Notes under the pieces: model-generated
Told to the model about the DNA's origin: nothing
Databases searched by the model: none
What the model saw: only the letters and a program-made list of their open reading frames with translations
Position numbers and translations under genes: made by a program
NCBI GenBank assembly: GCA_965232515.1
Contig: CBDDPY010000002.1
Span: 3,616,001 to 3,680,000 of the forward strand
Direction: 5' to 3'
DNA from: Alphaproteobacteria bacterium
GTDB taxonomy: Bacteria; Pseudomonadota; Alphaproteobacteria; GCA-2731375
DNA length: 64,000 nucleotides
In this document: one piece after another, positions 61,237-64,000 of the stretch
Position numbering within the stretch: the stretch's first letter is position 1
Layout: each line of letters opens with the position of its first letter

Positions 61237-63068
61237 CGTCCGTCCTTATCGCTCGCCGTCTGTTTCAAGGCCGGCGCGTCCTCCGGCGGTGCGTCTTCGT
61301 CCGCCTCGTCCGCGCCTGACCCGTGCATATCACGCACGGCGCCGATTTCCGATCCCGGAAACACGTCGAGCGTCGCCTGCACCAGGGGATGCGCCGCGAT
61401 CTCGGCCGCCGCCGCCTCGGCCGCCGCCCGGCTCTGTTCGGCCAGCGTCGGCGCGCCGTCCGCCTCGTTGTTGATGGTCACGACCCAGCTGTCGCCGGTG
61501 CACGCCTCGGCGAAGTTCTTCAGCATCACCGCGAGGTTCGCGGGCGCGTTCGGCCCCGGATGGAACTCGAGCTGACCCGCCGAGAAGCTGACGAGGTGCA
61601 CATCCTCCCAAATGTGGTGGAACAGGATGCCCTGCTTGCGTTCCTCGGCCAGCGCCGCGAGCTGCGCGAAGTCGCGCAGAACAACTGTCGGCGCCGCCGG
61701 CGCGATCGGTTCGGCCGGCTCCAAGTCGGCGGGTGGCGGTTCGATCGGGGGCGGTTCTTCGACCGGTGGCATGTCCGCGGGCGGCGCTTCCACGGGTGTC
61801 TGCGCGACCGGCGCTGTCGACGCCGGCGCGGTCGCAGCGGTCGGCACGGCCGGCGCGCGCGCGGCGGCCGGATCGTCCTGCAGTTTAGCGACCAGATCGC
61901 CCGGCGGCGGCAGGTCGGCGCTGTAGGTCAGCCGCACCAGTATCATCTCGGCCGCCGCCAGCGGCGTCGGCGCCACGCGCACTTCGCCCAGGCCCTTCAG
62001 CAGCATCTGCCAGGCCCGTGCCAGCACCGGCATCGACAGCCGCCCGGCCATGTCCCGGCCACGGTCGCGTTCCTGCGCCGAGACCGTCACGTCGTCGCCG
62101 GCGTCCGGCGTCAGCTTCAGCCGCGTCAGCCAGTGCGTCAGCTCCAGCATGTCCTGCAGCACCACGACCGGATCGGCGCCGAGGTCGTATTGCGCCTTCA
62201 GCGAGGTCAGCGCGCGGCCCGTGTCGCCCGCCATCACCGCGTCGAACAGATCGAACACCTGGGCCCGGTCGGCGAGCCCCAGCATGTCCCGCACCTGCCC
62301 GGCATCGACCTTGCCGCCGGCATGCGCGATCGCCTGATCCAGCAGCGACAGGCCGTCGCGCGCCGAGCCGTCGGCCGCCCGCGCGATCAGCCGCAGCGCC
62401 TCGTCGTCGGCCGTGGCGCCTTCCTGCGCCAGAACGTGCGTGAAATGCGCGACCAGCGCGTCCGGTTCGATGCGGCGCAGATCGAAGCGCTGACAGCGCG
62501 ACAGCACCGTCACCGGCACCTTGCGGATTTCGGTGGTGGCGAAGATGAACTTCACATGCTCGGGCGGCTCCTCCAACGTCTTCAACAGCGCGTTGAAGGC
62601 CGCCGTCGACAGCATATGCACTTCGTCGATGATGTAGACCTTGTAGCGGGCCGAGACCGGCAGGTAGCGCACGCCGTCCAGCAGCTCGCGCATATTGTCG
62701 ACGCCGGTGCGGCTGGCCGCGTCCATCTCCAGCACGTCGACATGGCGCGATTCGGCGATGCCGACGCAGGCGTCGCAGATACCGCAGGGCTGCACCGTGG
62801 GCCCGCCATCGCCGTTTGCGCCGGTGCAGTTCAGCGCCCGGGCGATGATCCGCGCGGTCGTGGTTTTACCGACGCCGCGCACGCCGGTCAGGATGAAGGC
62901 GTGCGCGATGCGGTTCTCGGCGATCGCATTCGAGAGCGTCCGCACCATGGCGTCCTGGCCGATCAGCGCGTCGAAGGACTGCGGCCGGTACTTCCGGGCC
63001 AGGACCTGATAGGCGGGCGCCGCGGTCTCGGACGTTGGCTCAGGCGGACTGCTGGAAAGATCCGTCAT
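61233..63068 (-). CDS. dnaX: DNA polymerase III subunit gamma/tau
   Basis: [35 protein letters not shown] motifs. Confidence 0.98.
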   Translation of the reverse strand: MTDLSSSPPEPTSETAAPAYQVLARKYRPQSFDALIGQDAMVRTLSNAIAENRIAHAFILTGVRGVGKTTTARIIARALNCTGANGDGGPTVQPCGICDACVGIAESRHVDVLEMDAASRTGVDNMRELLDGVRYLPVSARYKVYIIDEVHMLSTAAFNALLKTLEEPPEHVKFIFATTEIRKVPVTVLSRCQRFDLRRIEPDALVAHFTHVLAQEGATADDEALRLIARAADGSARDGLSLLDQAIAHAGGKVDAGQVRDMLGLADRAQVFDLFDAVMAGDTGRALTSLKAQYDLGADPVVVLQDMLELTHWLTRLKLTPDAGDDVTVSAQERDRGRDMAGRLSMPVLARAWQMLLKGLGEVRVAPTPLAAAEMILVRLTYSADLPPPGDLVAKLQDDPAAARAPAVPTAATAPASTAPVAQTPVEAPPADMPPVEEPPPIEPPPADLEPAEPIAPAAPTVVLRDFAQLAALAEERKQGILFHHIWEDVHLVSFSAGQLEFHPGPNAPANLAVMLKNFAEACTGDSWVVTINNEADGAPTLAEQSRAAAEAAAAEIAAHPLVQATLDVFPGSEIGAVRDMHGSGADEADEDAPPEDAPALKQTASDKDGR

Positions 63069-63137
63069 GCGGGCTGCAGGTGTCGGCCTCCGGCCTGCCG
63101 TCGATTGGTTTTGGCTTCGGTATTCTGGCAGGCAGCT

Positions 63138-63232
63138 GGGAGATTGGACAACGACCCGAACCGGTCTCGTTACGGCTGCTTCCTTCCGGACCTGACCGGG
63201 TTGGCGAGGGGTCCGTCCGCCACCAACCTCCC
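63138..63232 (-). ncRNA. ffs: Signal recognition particle RNA (4.5S)
   Basis: Minus strand contains the CCGGTCAGGTCCGGAAGGAAGCAGCC domain IV motif; terminal GGGAG/CTCCC pairing; canonical position upstream of dnaX. Confidence 0.93.
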
Positions 63233-63383
63233 AACCGCACTATATCAGCTTTTCCGCGCGCCGATGCAAGGCCGCCGGCGAGCACGATTGCCCTTGTCGG
63301 CTGCTTTGTGCCACCCTGCCGGCCCGCCCCGCGAACCGGTCCAAAACCAAACCCGGAACGTCCGAAGGAACGCCGTCATCGTC

Positions 63384-64000
63384 ATGGCCCATATTCATAC
63401 ATTCGCCGGCAGTCCACTGGACCGCGCCGGCAATCAGCGCCGCGACCCGGACTGGCTGGCGCAGCAATACGCCGCGCCGGACAGCCGCTTCCTGCCGCTC
63501 TGGCAGTTGCGAGCGCTGATGCGCACCGACGGCCAGCCGACGATATCCTGGCTGCCGGCGGCCGAGGTCCAACCGTTCGTCGAGCAGGGCGCCATGCTGC
63601 TGTTCCTCGGCCTGAACGACGGTCGCGCGCATTTCGCCGTCGACGTCTCGGGCGCCGGGTCCGAGCGCGAGCACCAGCCGTTCCGCGAGCACGGCCGCTG
63701 GCTCGACGTGCGCAGCGCCGCCATGCAGTGCCCCGGCCCCGACGCGGCGATCTTGGCCCAGGCGCGTTCGCTGATCGACTGGCATGCCCGGCACGGTTTC
63801 TGCGCCGTCTGCGGCCAGCCGACGGCGCCCAAGGAGGCCGGCTATGCGCGGCAGTGCACGGACGAGGCCTGCAAGGCGCAGCACTTTCCCCGCACCGATC
63901 CCGTCGCCATCATGCTGGTGTTCCACCAGGGTGACGTGCTGCTCGGCCGGCAGCAATTCTTCCCCAAGAACTCCTATTCCGCGCTCGCCGGCTTCCTGGA
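63384..64000 (+). CDS. nudC: NAD(+) diphosphatase NudC (partial)
   Basis: MAHIHTFAGSPLDRAG...WHARHGFCAVCG...C....C..QHFPRTDP...YSALAGFL. Confidence 0.92.
   Translation, partial: MAHIHTFAGSPLDRAGNQRRDPDWLAQQYAAPDSRFLPLWQLRALMRTDGQPTISWLPAAEVQPFVEQGAMLLFLGLNDGRAHFAVDVSGAGSEREHQPFREHGRWLDVRSAAMQCPGPDAAILAQARSLIDWHARHGFCAVCGQPTAPKEAGYARQCTDEACKAQHFPRTDPVAIMLVFHQGDVLLGRQQFFPKNSYSALAGFL

Noticed and set aside
61233-63068. Programmed -1 frameshift in dnaX
   Set aside because: No A-run slippery site (AAAAAAG) seen in the minus-strand coding sequence.

Overview
High-GC alphaproteobacterial chromosome segment; gene order and the repeat families suggest a Rhodospirillales-like organism. (1) 1-21.3 kb is a putative micro-oxic FixK/FNR regulon with six TTGA-N6-TCA(A) boxes. 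It covers a groEL paralog with no upstream groES, a host-attachment/baeRF12 protein, pncB, a USP, DUF2267 and YhiI-RbbA-YhhJ. It is interleaved with a LysR-controlled TctCBA/aminotransferase/hydantoinase-oxoprolinase/ThDP-enzyme catabolic operon and a BigR/SqrR-rhodanese pair. (2) Acyl-CoA dehydrogenase and ligase, then tamA-tamB. (3) A 1365-bp integrase-less element in the 3' end of tRNA-Arg(ACG), with a 51-bp att duplication, arm-type repeats, IHF sites and tiny cargo ORFs; this is the most unusual object in the window. (4) Housekeeping genes: rpmH-rnpA-yidD-yidC-engB-argB, dapD-dapE, def-fmt-truA, rmuC, ffs-dnaX-ybaB-recR and nudC. This part also holds a CtrA-boxed diguanylate cyclase/DUF2336 pair, several REP-like palindrome doublets, and an intact IS4-family element inserted in a REP loop with a 9-bp TSD. 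No rRNA or CRISPR array is visible. All product calls come from motif recognition by eye, not from database searches.
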